A DNA stretch of 40,484 bases from a virus. Its lineage: Duplodnaviria; Caudoviricetes. The translations under genes and the position numbers were made by a program. The stretch covers positions 1 through 40,484 of the IMG/VR virus record IMGVR_UViG_3300036546_000108, one strand, 5' to 3'. Numbering within the stretch: position 1 is the first letter of the stretch; the number at the start of each line of letters is the position of its first letter. Below the pieces are notes generated by a model. It saw only the letters and a program-made list of their open reading frames with translations. It was not told the DNA's origin and ran no database searches. Positions 8,629-18,093 of the stretch are shown here, piece after piece.

Positions 8629-9443
8629 AGCCGTGTAGTGGTTGCGGTGTAGAAAAATGGCGTATCATGACTTGCCGCTTCGAACGCAAGCTGATTAATC
8701 ACGTAATCACCGTTGAGCGACTTGTTTAGCTTGCTGTCAATGCGAAGCGCTCCGCCAAGGGCTGCATCAGGATCAATGAGGAATTGGACTTTTACGCCCT
8801 TTTCATCCCCTTTGGGTATTCCTACCATCCCCGTATCTTTGCTCAGAATACGCAGCTTTCCGCGCAGTGACTGCGCCTTGTCCTTTACAACCAGCGTGGT
8901 GTCGTCAATGTAAGCGTCTACATTGCCCGCTGCTGCGAGGCGTTGCACCTGAGCAAGCGCACTGCCGGTGTGGGTGTAGTTTGCAATACCCTTGTCTTGA
9001 GCTTGAAACAATGGAGTCAAACCAAGATCCGTTGCAACCTTCTGTGTAAGCGAGGAAAGCTGTGTAATTGAGCCACCTGACGTGGAAACGATGTTTCCTG
9101 CATGTGCGTTTTGCGTTTTGGCCTTGATGGTAAGGTCTACGTCGGGAGGCGATGACGGTTCTGCGCTTACTATGTCTCCAACAAACATCCGGAACAGCCC
9201 ATAAGAGACGCGTCCCACTTCCACGATGAGTCTCTTTGGTGTGCGGTTTTTGTTGAACGGACTTGTCTCGGTGAGTATGTAATCTCGCGTCTTTTGGCTC
9301 AGTCCCGTAATTACCACGGTGCAATCGTTCTGTGTGGGGCTGGCGTACTTGGTGCCGGACACCTTGACGCGCAGCCCCTCGTAATAATTTATCTGGCCGA
9401 GAACTTCTATGCCTATGCGAATGCGTCGAAGGTCAAGGGTCAT
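8625..9443 (-). CDS. Baseplate hub protein
   Basis: F.GDI..A....PD, TGMVGIP motifs; position. Confidence 0.8.
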   Translation of the reverse strand: MTLDLRRIRIGIEVLGQINYYEGLRVKVSGTKYASPTQNDCTVVITGLSQKTRDYILTETSPFNKNRTPKRLIVEVGRVSYGLFRMFVGDIVSAEPSSPPDVDLTIKAKTQNAHAGNIVSTSGGSITQLSSLTQKVATDLGLTPLFQAQDKGIANYTHTGSALAQVQRLAAAGNVDAYIDDTTLVVKDKAQSLRGKLRILSKDTGMVGIPKGDEKGVKVQFLIDPDAALGGALRIDSKLNKSLNGDYVINQLAFEAASHDTPFFYTATTTRL

Positions 9444-9736
9444 ATTTCCCCCGGCGCAACGTATACAAGTTCCTGGTTTGAGCCAAACAAGGTGTAATCA
9501 GGCAACTGCTCATCATCAACAAGCAAAAGGAAATTCCCGTTACTCTGTAAATACTCATATGGCAAAATAGGCGTACCCACAGCAATTCGCTGTCCTTCGA
9601 CAAGCACCACGTCGTCTAAAGATATGGTGGCGGCAACCGCTGTGTTTGCGGCCTTTAATGTAATGCTCCAACGGTCTTCACCGATGTTCACGGTTAAGGA
9701 CTGGTTGGGAATGGGTTCAATGGGTATATTCAGCAT
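9440..9736 (-). CDS. Small baseplate protein
   Basis: IPIEPIPNQS...GNF....P.Y..FG....L.Y pattern. Confidence 0.75.
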   Translation of the reverse strand: MLNIPIEPIPNQSLTVNIGEDRWSITLKAANTAVAATISLDDVVLVEGQRIAVGTPILPYEYLQSNGNFLLLVDDEQLPDYTLFGSNQELVYVAPGEI

Positions 9737-10272
9737 CAGTTAACCACCCCATACAGTATAGATGCCCGTTTATCAGTTGACGCTGTTGTCTGCTGCTGCC
9801 CCTTGGCTACAGTATCAGATTGCTTTTTGTCTGCGACCTTTCGAGGGGGGAGCGTTCCGAATTCTGGGGTAATAACCCTAACCTCTCGCAGCTTAATGAC
9901 AATCGGGATACTGTCTCCCTGTTCCGGAGTTTCATCGTGCGGACACTCGTAAATCATCATGCTTCCATAGCTTGTGACCTTCGTCTGTACTATCAGAAGC
10001 TTGGTGTCTAAATACGCCTTGCGCAACTGCTCATACAGATTGCGCGTATCGTCCGTGAGCAGGAACGGAATATCAATATCAACAGGATCAACAACACGGT
10101 GGTCTATGCGCTCCGTTCCGTCCTCGACCGGCCATGCCGTGAGCTTGCTTGTCTCACGCACGGTTACGCGCATGGGATGGGCTCCGGCGAAAAGAGGCTG
10201 GAACGACTCAGCGTCAAGTATGGCAACGGCGTCCTGATTGCTGTTGTTTACGCCCGGGCTTGTGCTTGCCAT
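9736..10272 (-). CDS. Tail tube initiator / Dit-like baseplate protein
   Basis: PVEDG....DH....P motif; follows the tape measure gene. Confidence 0.75.
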   Translation of the reverse strand: MASTSPGVNNSNQDAVAILDAESFQPLFAGAHPMRVTVRETSKLTAWPVEDGTERIDHRVVDPVDIDIPFLLTDDTRNLYEQLRKAYLDTKLLIVQTKVTSYGSMMIYECPHDETPEQGDSIPIVIKLREVRVITPEFGTLPPRKVADKKQSDTVAKGQQQTTASTDKRASILYGVVN

Positions 10273-11744
10273 TATCTGTCAACCCCCGTGCTAAATTCGT
10301 CGTCAAGGCTTTCAAGCTGGCTGTTGAGAGAGCCACCTATGTCCCTACTTATTCCATCAGCGTCAGTGGCTTGCGTCTGCACAATCACTTCTCCAACCTG
10401 CACGTTTGTTTCGCGCCTGCTGGTTGCAACGCTGTTGCTGATACTTCCGCTTGTCGTTGCGTTGTATGGGCTCGCGCCCGCAGACGCCATAGCCCGACGT
10501 CCTGTTGATACCATTTCTCCAGTTTCGGTAATGTTCCGACCCTCTTCGGCGGAGCGTCCAAAAAATCCCCGCACAGCGTTGATTGCTCCGCTTACCGTAT
10601 CAATAGCTCCGGTAATGCTAGAAACAATCCCGTCCCATATGATTTGAATTGTCTGGCCCATCAGGCGAAAGGCGTTAATGATTGCAAAGACAATCTGTTT
10701 TATCATCGGGTATTTTTCAAAAATTTGCCCAATGAACGAGTCGTTGCCATCAATGAAATTCATGATGTCGTCATAAGCAAGGGCGAACGCGGCGGCCACT
10801 GCTGCAATAGCTGCACCGATAGCGATAAGAGGCCACGTCGCTGCAAGGGTTGCCGCTGCCGCTGAAATCATGGCAGGTAGATATATTGCCGTGACAATAC
10901 CGGCAACTGCGGTGAAAAACCCGACAATGAAATCCTTGTGCTCTCCTGCCCACTCGACAATTTTAGTCAGCCATTCAACACCGGCAGTCAATGCTGGTAT
11001 AAATGACGACATGAAACCTGTGGCGGCAGAACTTGTAGCCCCTTTCAGAATGTTTATTGTGTCGGTAAATTTCTTTGCCTCTTCTGCCTGCTGCTTGGTT
11101 ACAACACCACTTTGCTTCTGCACCATGAGAAGGCGTTCAAGCTCTTTACGTCCCTTGAGAACCATTTCGACAGTTCTGTTGTCCGTAATGCCAAGCTCTT
11201 TAATGCGGAAGATAGCTTCCTGCTTGCTCATTCCTTGCACGGCGTCAGAAAGCCTAAGAATCCCCTCAACGGCATTGATGGATTGACCTTTTACATCCTT
11301 GAGAGATACCTTCAGGCCCGCAAACGTTTTTGCTCTTTGCGATTCCACATCCTGCAAAGCTTCACCGATTGATTCAGCCATGTCTGTAAGAGAGTCTCGC
11401 GCCCCCTGCGCGTCACCGCCCATAGCAACTGCAGCCTTGCCAAAAGCGTCAACCTCTTCCACGGCAACACCAAGCGCATCGGAAGTCTGCTTGAGCTGCG
11501 TAATCATCGTTGCCTGACCAATGACTCCAGATATGGCGGTTCCAACGCTTAGGGCTGCGGTGAGCGCACCAAGAGCCTTGCCCGCAAAACCAGCAAAAGA
11601 TGATCCTGCCTTGTCTGCCTCTTTATCAGCCTTCTTAAGTGACACGACAAGTTCGTCAGTGCTTTTTTCTGTCTTCTGAATGCTCTTGTTCAGGTCGCCA
11701 GTATCAGCTTCCATCTGGATAGTCAGGACTTCAAGCAGGCTCAT
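10272..11744 (-). CDS. Tape measure protein (490 aa)
   Basis: Ala-rich helical protein with hydrophobic segments after the tail chaperones. Confidence 0.85.
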   Translation of the reverse strand: MSLLEVLTIQMEADTGDLNKSIQKTEKSTDELVVSLKKADKEADKAGSSFAGFAGKALGALTAALSVGTAISGVIGQATMITQLKQTSDALGVAVEEVDAFGKAAVAMGGDAQGARDSLTDMAESIGEALQDVESQRAKTFAGLKVSLKDVKGQSINAVEGILRLSDAVQGMSKQEAIFRIKELGITDNRTVEMVLKGRKELERLLMVQKQSGVVTKQQAEEAKKFTDTINILKGATSSAATGFMSSFIPALTAGVEWLTKIVEWAGEHKDFIVGFFTAVAGIVTAIYLPAMISAAAATLAATWPLIAIGAAIAAVAAAFALAYDDIMNFIDGNDSFIGQIFEKYPMIKQIVFAIINAFRLMGQTIQIIWDGIVSSITGAIDTVSGAINAVRGFFGRSAEEGRNITETGEMVSTGRRAMASAGASPYNATTSGSISNSVATSRRETNVQVGEVIVQTQATDADGISRDIGGSLNSQLESLDDEFSTGVDR

Positions 11745-11980
11745 CTGTTTTTCCTTTTGCTGTACTCAATCGCCAGCCATTCGTTGTGCCGGTTAACCTG
11801 CACTATTTCCCACAGGTTGAACGCTTCCTCAAGGTCTATGCTTGTTTTGAGTTCAGACCAGCTTGCAAGTCCCGCCGAACAGATGCAGGCAAAGAATCCA
11901 TCAGCGTTGACATAATCAACGGAAGGTACTTCTTGATGAGCGTTTCCACGAAGCCGGAGTTCCCGGCGTTCCCGAAAAAA
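11741..11980 (-). CDS. -1 frameshift extension of tail assembly chaperone (gpGT analogue)
   Basis: Slippery T TTT TTC at 11980-11974; -1 frame open to TGA overlapping the tape-measure ATG; encodes DYVN...ASWSELKT..DLEEA.NLWEI..VN..NE. Confidence 0.8.
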   Translation of the reverse strand, partial: FFRERRELRLRGNAHQEVPSVDYVNADGFFACICSAGLASWSELKTSIDLEEAFNLWEIVQVNRHNEWLAIEYSKRKNR

Positions 11981-12297
11981 CTTGTGTTGTACCTCAACAT
12001 TTCCATTTCAAGGCGCAAGAGCTGTTCGCCGTCTACGACATGGTTGTTGATAAGGTCGTTTGTGGTCAGTCGCAAGGGCTGCTCTCTGCCCTCGATAGGC
12101 ACCGCAACGCACGACATAAGCAGGCGCATTGCCTCTTCTGATGCCTTGTATTCTCCGAGCTTGGGGATATTGGCGATGGGGTACTTTGCAAGCACTTCAC
12201 GGGCTGCCACGGCAGGCAGGCGGGAAATAATAAAGAGCTTTTCGTTACCATCACAGTCCTTGACCATGATTTCTTTGGTCTTGATGAGTTCTGCCAT
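11836..12297 (-). CDS. Tail assembly chaperone
   Basis: Between tube and tape measure; LE.EML.YNTSFF motif; GGAG RBS. Confidence 0.8.
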   Translation of the reverse strand: MAELIKTKEIMVKDCDGNEKLFIISRLPAVAAREVLAKYPIANIPKLGEYKASEEAMRLLMSCVAVPIEGREQPLRLTTNDLINNHVVDGEQLLRLEMEMLRYNTSFFGNAGNSGFVETLIKKYLPLIMSTLMDSLPASVRRDLQAGLNSKQA

Positions 12298-12312
12298 TGT
12301 CACTCTCCATTG

Positions 12313-12336
12313 AAAGAAAGGGGGCCGAAGCCCCCC
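12313..12336 (-). terminator. Intrinsic terminator after tail tube gene
   Basis: GGGGGC-TTCG-GCCCCC hairpin plus TTTCTTT on minus strand. Confidence 0.8.
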
Positions 12337-12339
12337 TAT

Positions 12340-12795
12340 TTATACGGTGGCTCGGGTTGCGCTGATGTTTTCGAATGCGAAAGTGTAAGGCTTACTCTTG
12401 AGCCTGCCAGCACTGGCAACGCTTTTCCCGGGTAATCCATCTGTCATTTTCCCGTTAGACAGCGTTAGGGTGCTTCCGTCCGGATATGTGGCAACCATCG
12501 TGATAACGTCACGGGCCACCGTCTTCCCCTTTGCTGCTCGGTTTGCCTCGAACAGGATAGCAAGGTTGTTGTCTCCGTCGCTGCCAGGTATCGCATTGAG
12601 AGTGGGAATAATGGGTGCCGGTGCAGTCCATGTAACCAAGTCGCCGTTGAGGTTCATGGCGGTGGCGGCAATGGTCAGAACAGGAAGGTCAAACGGGTCT
12701 GCATCGTCGGCAAACTCAGTGAACACAAACCCGTTGGGAAAGGTCTTGTCGGCCGAGATGTTGACGCTCAGGCCGGATGCGCTAATATCATTCAT
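12340..12795 (-). CDS. Tail tube protein
   Basis: DISA.G, FP.GF....FADDADP, NGDL motifs; follows the sheath gene. Confidence 0.85.
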   Translation of the reverse strand: MNDISASGLSVNISADKTFPNGFVFTEFADDADPFDLPVLTIAATAMNLNGDLVTWTAPAPIIPTLNAIPGSDGDNNLAILFEANRAAKGKTVARDVITMVATYPDGSTLTLSNGKMTDGLPGKSVASAGRLKSKPYTFAFENISATRATV

Positions 12796-12807
12796 GGCTC
12801 ATTCCTT

Positions 12808-14322
12808 TTATACGAGGTTGTGAGAACCTTCGATCTTGCGCACAACGTCATTCTTGCTATAGGCAAGCGTGTACTGTGCGACGTACTCGGTGGCTCCGCT
12901 TTCGCCGGTGCGTTCGACAATCTGAACGTCTGCCCAATACCCATTGGTCTGCACATCTCGCCATGCGTCAGGGTCACCGGTAAGCTGAGTGACTGCAATC
13001 TGCTGTGCCGTGGTCAGGGTCTTGCCGAGAATAATGGTGCCGTTAAACTTGGCAAGGTTGACACCTTCGGTGACAATTGCCAGTACGTATCCTCGCCCCT
13101 CGTTGTTTGCGGGGATCTTTCCGATGCTCAGTTGCAGCGAAAGCAGGCGAGCAACGAGGAAAGCTTTAAGCCACTGTTCATTTGCGTGGACGTTCATGTC
13201 GAGCGGGCTGGTTGCCGTTCCCTGCAAAAACGCACGCTGGAAGAACGCAATCTTCTGGCCTGCGCTTGCCGTCTCGCCGTAGTAGCTGATGCGCTTGGCA
13301 TCGTATGCGTCTGCAACGGAATTGGTGGTCACGTCTGCGGTGTATCCGCCTACCTGCCGGTACATATAGTTGACCGTAGCATTGCTGCGCTGGTAATTGG
13401 TAGCCGCCATGATAGCCATCGGAATGGCTTCTTTGTATTCGTCTGCGGTAAGGTTCAAAATCAGCCCTGTGGACGGAATGTTGACAAGGGCTGCGTAGAA
13501 CGAAGCCTCGTTGCTGGCGTTCACGATCACGTAGAACTGATACTTGACGTTCAGACTTGCAATGTACTGCGCGAGGTCTGCTGCCTGAGTTTCGGTAATG
13601 GCAGGACCGAAGGACACGGAACCGAACGAATCGGTAATGTTCTCGGCGCGGACAAACGCTTCGAGCGGAGTTTCTGCATCGCTACCGGGGCTGAGTACAG
13701 TTCCGACATTACGCCAGCCGAGAAGCTGAGAAAGGTCTGTGCCGGATGCTGCGACCTGCACGTTAATTGCTGCGTCTCCAGTCTGGCCGCCGACAAGGTT
13801 GAACGTACCGGCAAGAGCGTCATAGGTCACGGTTGCTGCGGTCCAATCTACGCCACCGGCAACAACTGCCTGGATTGCATCTTCTACTGCTGCCGCCACG
13901 CCCGCGAGGGTTGCTGCCAGAGTAAGGTCAATTCCAGTTATGGTCGTCTGGTAGTCACCTATGGTCAGATTGAGAGATCCGTCGGATATGGCAGTGAATG
14001 CGCCTATCAGAGTTCCCGCCTCGACGCCATATACGCGGGGAGGAATTGCAGTGCTCGGCCACTGAGCAAAGCGCAGCTTCTGCGCCTGCGATGCCGGGGC
14101 AGGGCTGATGTAGCTGAAATACTGTGTGGCAAAGATTGCCTCATCGCTGCCAGCGCCGAAATACTCGATTGCATCCGTCGAATTATTGACGGTAACAATC
14201 GCGTCAACGGGTACGCGCGCATCGGACGTAAAACGCAGACCTACAAGCTCGCGCTGTGCGACAGCCTGCGCCCCGATTACGCCCGATACGATGTTGACGT
14301 ATCTGTCGATTGAAATAGACAT
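12808..14322 (-). CDS. Contractile tail sheath, DUF3383 family
   Basis: YV.I.SGV, YFG..S.E, NEQWL, IP.N..G, GYW, YSK.D.VRKIEG.H motifs. Confidence 0.9.
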   Translation of the reverse strand: MSISIDRYVNIVSGVIGAQAVAQRELVGLRFTSDARVPVDAIVTVNNSTDAIEYFGAGSDEAIFATQYFSYISPAPASQAQKLRFAQWPSTAIPPRVYGVEAGTLIGAFTAISDGSLNLTIGDYQTTITGIDLTLAATLAGVAAAVEDAIQAVVAGGVDWTAATVTYDALAGTFNLVGGQTGDAAINVQVAASGTDLSQLLGWRNVGTVLSPGSDAETPLEAFVRAENITDSFGSVSFGPAITETQAADLAQYIASLNVKYQFYVIVNASNEASFYAALVNIPSTGLILNLTADEYKEAIPMAIMAATNYQRSNATVNYMYRQVGGYTADVTTNSVADAYDAKRISYYGETASAGQKIAFFQRAFLQGTATSPLDMNVHANEQWLKAFLVARLLSLQLSIGKIPANNEGRGYVLAIVTEGVNLAKFNGTIILGKTLTTAQQIAVTQLTGDPDAWRDVQTNGYWADVQIVERTGESGATEYVAQYTLAYSKNDVVRKIEGSHNLV

Positions 14323-14333
14323 TGCTGCCGCTC

Positions 14334-14873
14334 CTATACACGAGTTTGGTTAAGTTCTGCCGCGTCAACGGCGTTTGCTGCGTCGACAATAACGCGCTTG
14401 TAACTGACAGTAAAGTCAAACGATGGGGACGCTTCAAACTGACCACGGTCGTTTGTGAAATATGGATTCCGTATGTCAGACACACGCTGAACACCTACGC
14501 CGCCAGAACGCATAGCCTCTAAAAACGTCAGAGAATTGACGGTCATTGCTGCGTCATTCACGAGGTCTTTTGCAGTAGGCAGGCTAATGTTGCTAGGGTC
14601 TTGCGGGTATAAAGCCATGACCTGATACATGCTTTCCATGTACTGCGTTTCGGTAACTGTTATGTCTCCGGCAAGAGCATCATACACCTGCTTGCGGTGT
14701 TGCCAACCATACCGGTGATCGGACACGGGGAAGAAGTAAACCGCGGGCCCGTCAACGCGCCCTTGGTGCCGCGGCTGGTTGCTGGCAATAACGCGCACAG
14801 TCGCGTGTCCCCTGCGGACGAGACCGGCTAGAAGCTGTGTGCGGATGAGAATGGAAACTTCGTTGTCCGTCAT
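14334..14873 (-). CDS. Neck / tail terminator protein
   Basis: IRNPYF.ND...FEA.PSFD motif; precedes the sheath gene. Confidence 0.75.
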   Translation of the reverse strand: MTDNEVSILIRTQLLAGLVRRGHATVRVIASNQPRHQGRVDGPAVYFFPVSDHRYGWQHRKQVYDALAGDITVTETQYMESMYQVMALYPQDPSNISLPTAKDLVNDAAMTVNSLTFLEAMRSGGVGVQRVSDIRNPYFTNDRGQFEASPSFDFTVSYKRVIVDAANAVDAAELNQTRV

Positions 14874-15244
14874 GCTGTCACCGGCCCTATGTCAACACAC
14901 AGTATTGCTCGCCATCCGTCCAGCCCATACCAATCGGTGTCACTCTCAACCTGATATTGCCGTCCAGCGTATTCAACAACATCACCCGCCGTTCCGCGTC
15001 CAGTGGGAACGACGGCAGTTGGAACATGGAGCGTAAAATATGACTTTGAGAGATCAAGCCCTAACTGCTGGTACAACGTCTTTTGCACGGGCTGCCATGA
15101 TCCTTGGATCGTCGATGTGGCGTAGGTGTTTACAAACAGACCTAACGAATTTTCCGTGCGCCCTGTGACAGTCTTGAGCGTCAGAGTCTGTCGTCCGATG
15201 AGATTGAACGCTGCGCCGAGGAGGTCGCTACCGGGTACGATCAT
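14870..15244 (-). CDS. Head-tail joining / closure protein
   Basis: GS.QPV...Y..LGLD, GD......DW...DGW motifs. Confidence 0.75.
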   Translation of the reverse strand: MIVPGSDLLGAAFNLIGRQTLTLKTVTGRTENSLGLFVNTYATSTIQGSWQPVQKTLYQQLGLDLSKSYFTLHVPTAVVPTGRGTAGDVVEYAGRQYQVESDTDWYGLDGWRAILCVDIGPVTA

Positions 15245-15594
15245 TTTTCTTGAACCTGTTTTTTATAAATCATTTCGTGACGCCCACCGCCAGAATACAT
15301 CTCTTCACTTAATGACGACACAAGTTCAAAACCAACTTTTTTGTATATCGACAAAGCTTCATCTGTCGACAAAAGACGAACGCACTCGCTGCCGAAATCG
15401 TGCGTATTGATCCATGCTAAAATATTTTTACACAACGTCGAAAAAAGTCCTTCTTTCCTACGGCTTTCGATCGTCTCAGCATCTTGCAGGACATATGAAT
15501 CAAGATTCAGATATGCCCAAGACACAGCTTCTTCTTTATCAACAAGAAGAAATGCTTGAAATCCATTTAATTTGTATGAAATAAACTCAGGCAT
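15241..15594 (-). CDS. GNAT-family acetyltransferase-like protein (AT-rich insertion)
   Basis: ET..S.RRKEGLFSTL (motif A) and VRL.ST..AL.IYKKVGF (motif B). Confidence 0.7.
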   Translation of the reverse strand: MPEFISYKLNGFQAFLLVDKEEAVSWAYLNLDSYVLQDAETIESRRKEGLFSTLCKNILAWINTHDFGSECVRLLSTDEALSIYKKVGFELVSSLSEEMYSGGGRHEMIYKKQVQEK

Positions 15595-15595
15595 T

Positions 15596-16069
15596 TTATT
15601 TATCCTGCACCTGACTGGTTACGGACTGAATAAGCAATCCTGTGTCAACAAGGGGCTTGGTAGATACGCCGGGGGTTTTTCTCTTGGACTGACGAGCCAC
15701 TATGGTTGCAGGTGATAGCGGAGGGCTGTCTACTGCTGCAATTGTCTTGCTTACGTCTCCTGCTGCGCTCATTCCAACCTGACCATATACCTGTGTGATG
15801 GCTGCCTTACCTGCAAGCGCGGCCTTAAACCCCTTGCGGATAAGGCTTGCCCACTCTGTGCGTTTTGCTGCGATGGTAGGACGCATGAAAGGACGAGCAG
15901 GGATGCTACCCGTACCAAACTCCTGTATAGCTGCAACATAGGCAACGGGCGTGCCGTCTTCGTATTGCGCCTCTGGGAAGAAGCCCACAGCAAGCCGCTT
16001 GTGCGCAAGGTCGTGTATGACATGCTGCAAATGCGACTTTGATATAACCTCTTTCCTCGTAACCTTCAT
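15596..16069 (-). CDS. Neck / tail completion protein
   Basis: Y.DGTPVA.VA.I.EFG...IP.RPF.R, LSP.TI, KPLVDTG.L..S motifs. Confidence 0.8.
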   Translation of the reverse strand: MKVTRKEVISKSHLQHVIHDLAHKRLAVGFFPEAQYEDGTPVAYVAAIQEFGTGSIPARPFMRPTIAAKRTEWASLIRKGFKAALAGKAAITQVYGQVGMSAAGDVSKTIAAVDSPPLSPATIVARQSKRKTPGVSTKPLVDTGLLIQSVTSQVQDK

Positions 16070-16512
16070 TAGTACAACCGCCCGCCGTTGGGGAATGTTC
16101 CGCCCACAGAACGGAATGCCGCACGCTCAGGCCGTCCGCCAATGTAGAATCCACCAGCAGAACACCGGCGGAGTAAGGCCAGCAGTTGCAATCCGTAAGG
16201 TGTGGTGCCCAACCAGTATGCAAATTCGTCTGCGTTCTTGGGTGCCGTCACGGAAACGCTGACAGAGCCAACAGTTGCGCTTGCTACCTGACCGGTCGTA
16301 GCGCCACCGGCTGCAATCTGTGCATTGAGTTGCAACAGGTGCGACGTAACGAGCTGCCATACCACTGTGAAGTTTCCGCAATAGTCGCTGTTCTCGTCGA
16401 TGTACGCCAGACCGATTGTAGACTGGGCGGTAATGAGTGCGTCAGGATAGGCAACATCCGACGCAAACGCCGGGAACGATACCCTGAAAGCTGCAATGTC
16501 GAATGTTGCCAT
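16069..16512 (-). CDS. Head-tail adaptor, DUF4054 family
   Basis: FR..FPAF, HL, SATVG.VSVS, W...TPYG motifs. Confidence 0.85.
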   Translation of the reverse strand: MATFDIAAFRVSFPAFASDVAYPDALITAQSTIGLAYIDENSDYCGNFTVVWQLVTSHLLQLNAQIAAGGATTGQVASATVGSVSVSVTAPKNADEFAYWLGTTPYGLQLLALLRRCSAGGFYIGGRPERAAFRSVGGTFPNGGRLY

Positions 16513-16517
16513 AAAGA

Positions 16518-16904
16518 CTACCTCTTGCCCTTTCTGCCGCCCTTGCGGTTCACTACCGGGGTTTCTTCGGGTGCAAAGTCCTGCTCAACAAGCGGTGCGG
16601 ACTGGTCGCGGCCTTCCATAGTTGCGGCGACGTTTTCCGCGTCTTCGTGCGCTTCGTCAACCATGATGAAGCCGTTCTTTTCGTGCAGCAAGAACAAGGG
16701 GTTTTTCTTTAGCTCCACAAGCTGTTCTGCTGTAACCTTGGTAGCCATACCACGCTTGGTGACAAAGTGCTTGTCCGCGACATTGGCTTTACCGGCGATG
16801 AAGATTTCACCGTTGGGTATAGCAAGCCCGTTGGGCCCGTGCGTGTAGCTGGTGTACAATTGGTCGTTGGAAAGGGTGGAGTAAACATAAACATGGTCAG
16901 CCAT
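16518..16904 (-). CDS. Virion-associated protein following the major capsid gene
   Basis: YVYSTL..D..Y, G.AT.V....L..L..N..F..H..NGFI motifs; AGGAGAG RBS. Confidence 0.75.
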   Translation of the reverse strand: MADHVYVYSTLSNDQLYTSYTHGPNGLAIPNGEIFIAGKANVADKHFVTKRGMATKVTAEQLVELKKNPLFLLHEKNGFIMVDEAHEDAENVAATMEGRDQSAPLVEQDFAPEETPVVNRKGGRKGKR

Positions 16905-16922
16905 TTGACACTCTCCTGTTTG

Positions 16923-16949
16923 AAAAAGGGGCAGGCGGGTGCCCGCCCC
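16923..16949 (-). terminator. Intrinsic terminator after major capsid gene
   Basis: GGGGCGGGC-ACCC-GCCTGCCCC-TTTTT on minus strand. Confidence 0.8.
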
Positions 16950-16968
16950 TATTAATACCATGTGCGGA

Positions 16969-18084
16969 CTAGATACCGCTGTAGCGAACGACTGCCCAAG
17001 GACGCTTACACAGTACGCCCGCGCTAGCGTTGGTGTAATCCTCAAGATAGCCCTTGGCGCGGACTTCGGTGCCGAGAGCCATGAAGCGAGTCGGGACAGC
17101 CTGCATGAAGGTCATGCCGTCGTCGGTGCTGTCGTCGTCCAGACCGGGCTTGTCTGCGTACAGATAGAACACGTTTGCGCCACCATTGGCAAGCTGCAGT
17201 TCGGGAGCAGAGGCAACGCGCATCTTGGGATAAGACTTGCTGATCCACTCCTGAACGGAAATGCCGAAATCGCTGGTAACGCTCATGTACTGTTCGTGAC
17301 CGAGCGGAATAGCAAGGGTCATTTCGTCGGTCATGGGGTCGACGTTTCCACCGGAGCGGGTCACAAGGGCGGTAACTGCGGTACGGATGTCCTTGGTGAT
17401 TTCGAGGAAAGTCTTGACGGACCACGGAAGTCCACCGGCACCGGCTGCGACGTTCACGTATGCGGGCAGGTTGGGGTCATTCAGGAATCCGTAACAGCGG
17501 GTATCGGTGGTGTTGAAACCATAGAACCCGACGCGGTTACGCTGAATGTCCAGAGCGCGAGCGGCTGCGTTACGCTTCTGAGCGGCCATGTTGACCTGCT
17601 GCTTGCTGGCGCGTGCTTCTTCCAGCTTGTCAACCATCATGCCGTTTTCAAAACGGATGATAGTGCGGCGTTCGTAGGTCGTGTCGTAGTTTGCCAGCGG
17701 CACGTTCTGCGAATCGCCGTACAGTTCTGCCTTGCCTACGAGCTGGCTAAGGGTCTGCACAACTTCTTCATCTTCCCACGCGCCGACGGTGGACATGCCA
17801 ACGAGCTTGTCGATGTTTCGGACCGTGGTAACCTGCGTTACGCTACCGGGCAGCCAAAACTGAAGGAACTGAGCGGGGGCACCAAGGTTTCCACCTGCGG
17901 GGCCCACGAGCGCGGAGTCCATTCCGAATCCGGCGGATTCGATCTTGTCCATACCATGAATGCCGATGGTAGCAAGCTGGTCGTACAGGTTATGAGCGCC
18001 GAGGCTCTTGGGGTCGAGCTTGAGAGCACCAAGAGCAACCACCTGACGGCCAGTCTTGGAGCTATGGATAATGCTGTCCATCAT
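16969..18084 (-). CDS. Major capsid protein, DUF2184 family
   Basis: GMD N-terminal motif, G.W.D, YGD, GFLNDPNL, AGV..KRP.AV.R..GI. Confidence 0.9.
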   Translation of the reverse strand: MMDSIIHSSKTGRQVVALGALKLDPKSLGAHNLYDQLATIGIHGMDKIESAGFGMDSALVGPAGGNLGAPAQFLQFWLPGSVTQVTTVRNIDKLVGMSTVGAWEDEEVVQTLSQLVGKAELYGDSQNVPLANYDTTYERRTIIRFENGMMVDKLEEARASKQQVNMAAQKRNAAARALDIQRNRVGFYGFNTTDTRCYGFLNDPNLPAYVNVAAGAGGLPWSVKTFLEITKDIRTAVTALVTRSGGNVDPMTDEMTLAIPLGHEQYMSVTSDFGISVQEWISKSYPKMRVASAPELQLANGGANVFYLYADKPGLDDDSTDDGMTFMQAVPTRFMALGTEVRAKGYLEDYTNASAGVLCKRPWAVVRYSGI

Positions 18085-18093
18085 CTACTCCTT

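Noticed and set aside
12820-14313. 497-aa plus-strand ORF antisense to the sheath gene
   Set aside because: It lies in register with the sheath codons. Antisense frames stay open when the sense gene avoids TTA/CTA/TCA codons. No RBS or protein-like motifs.
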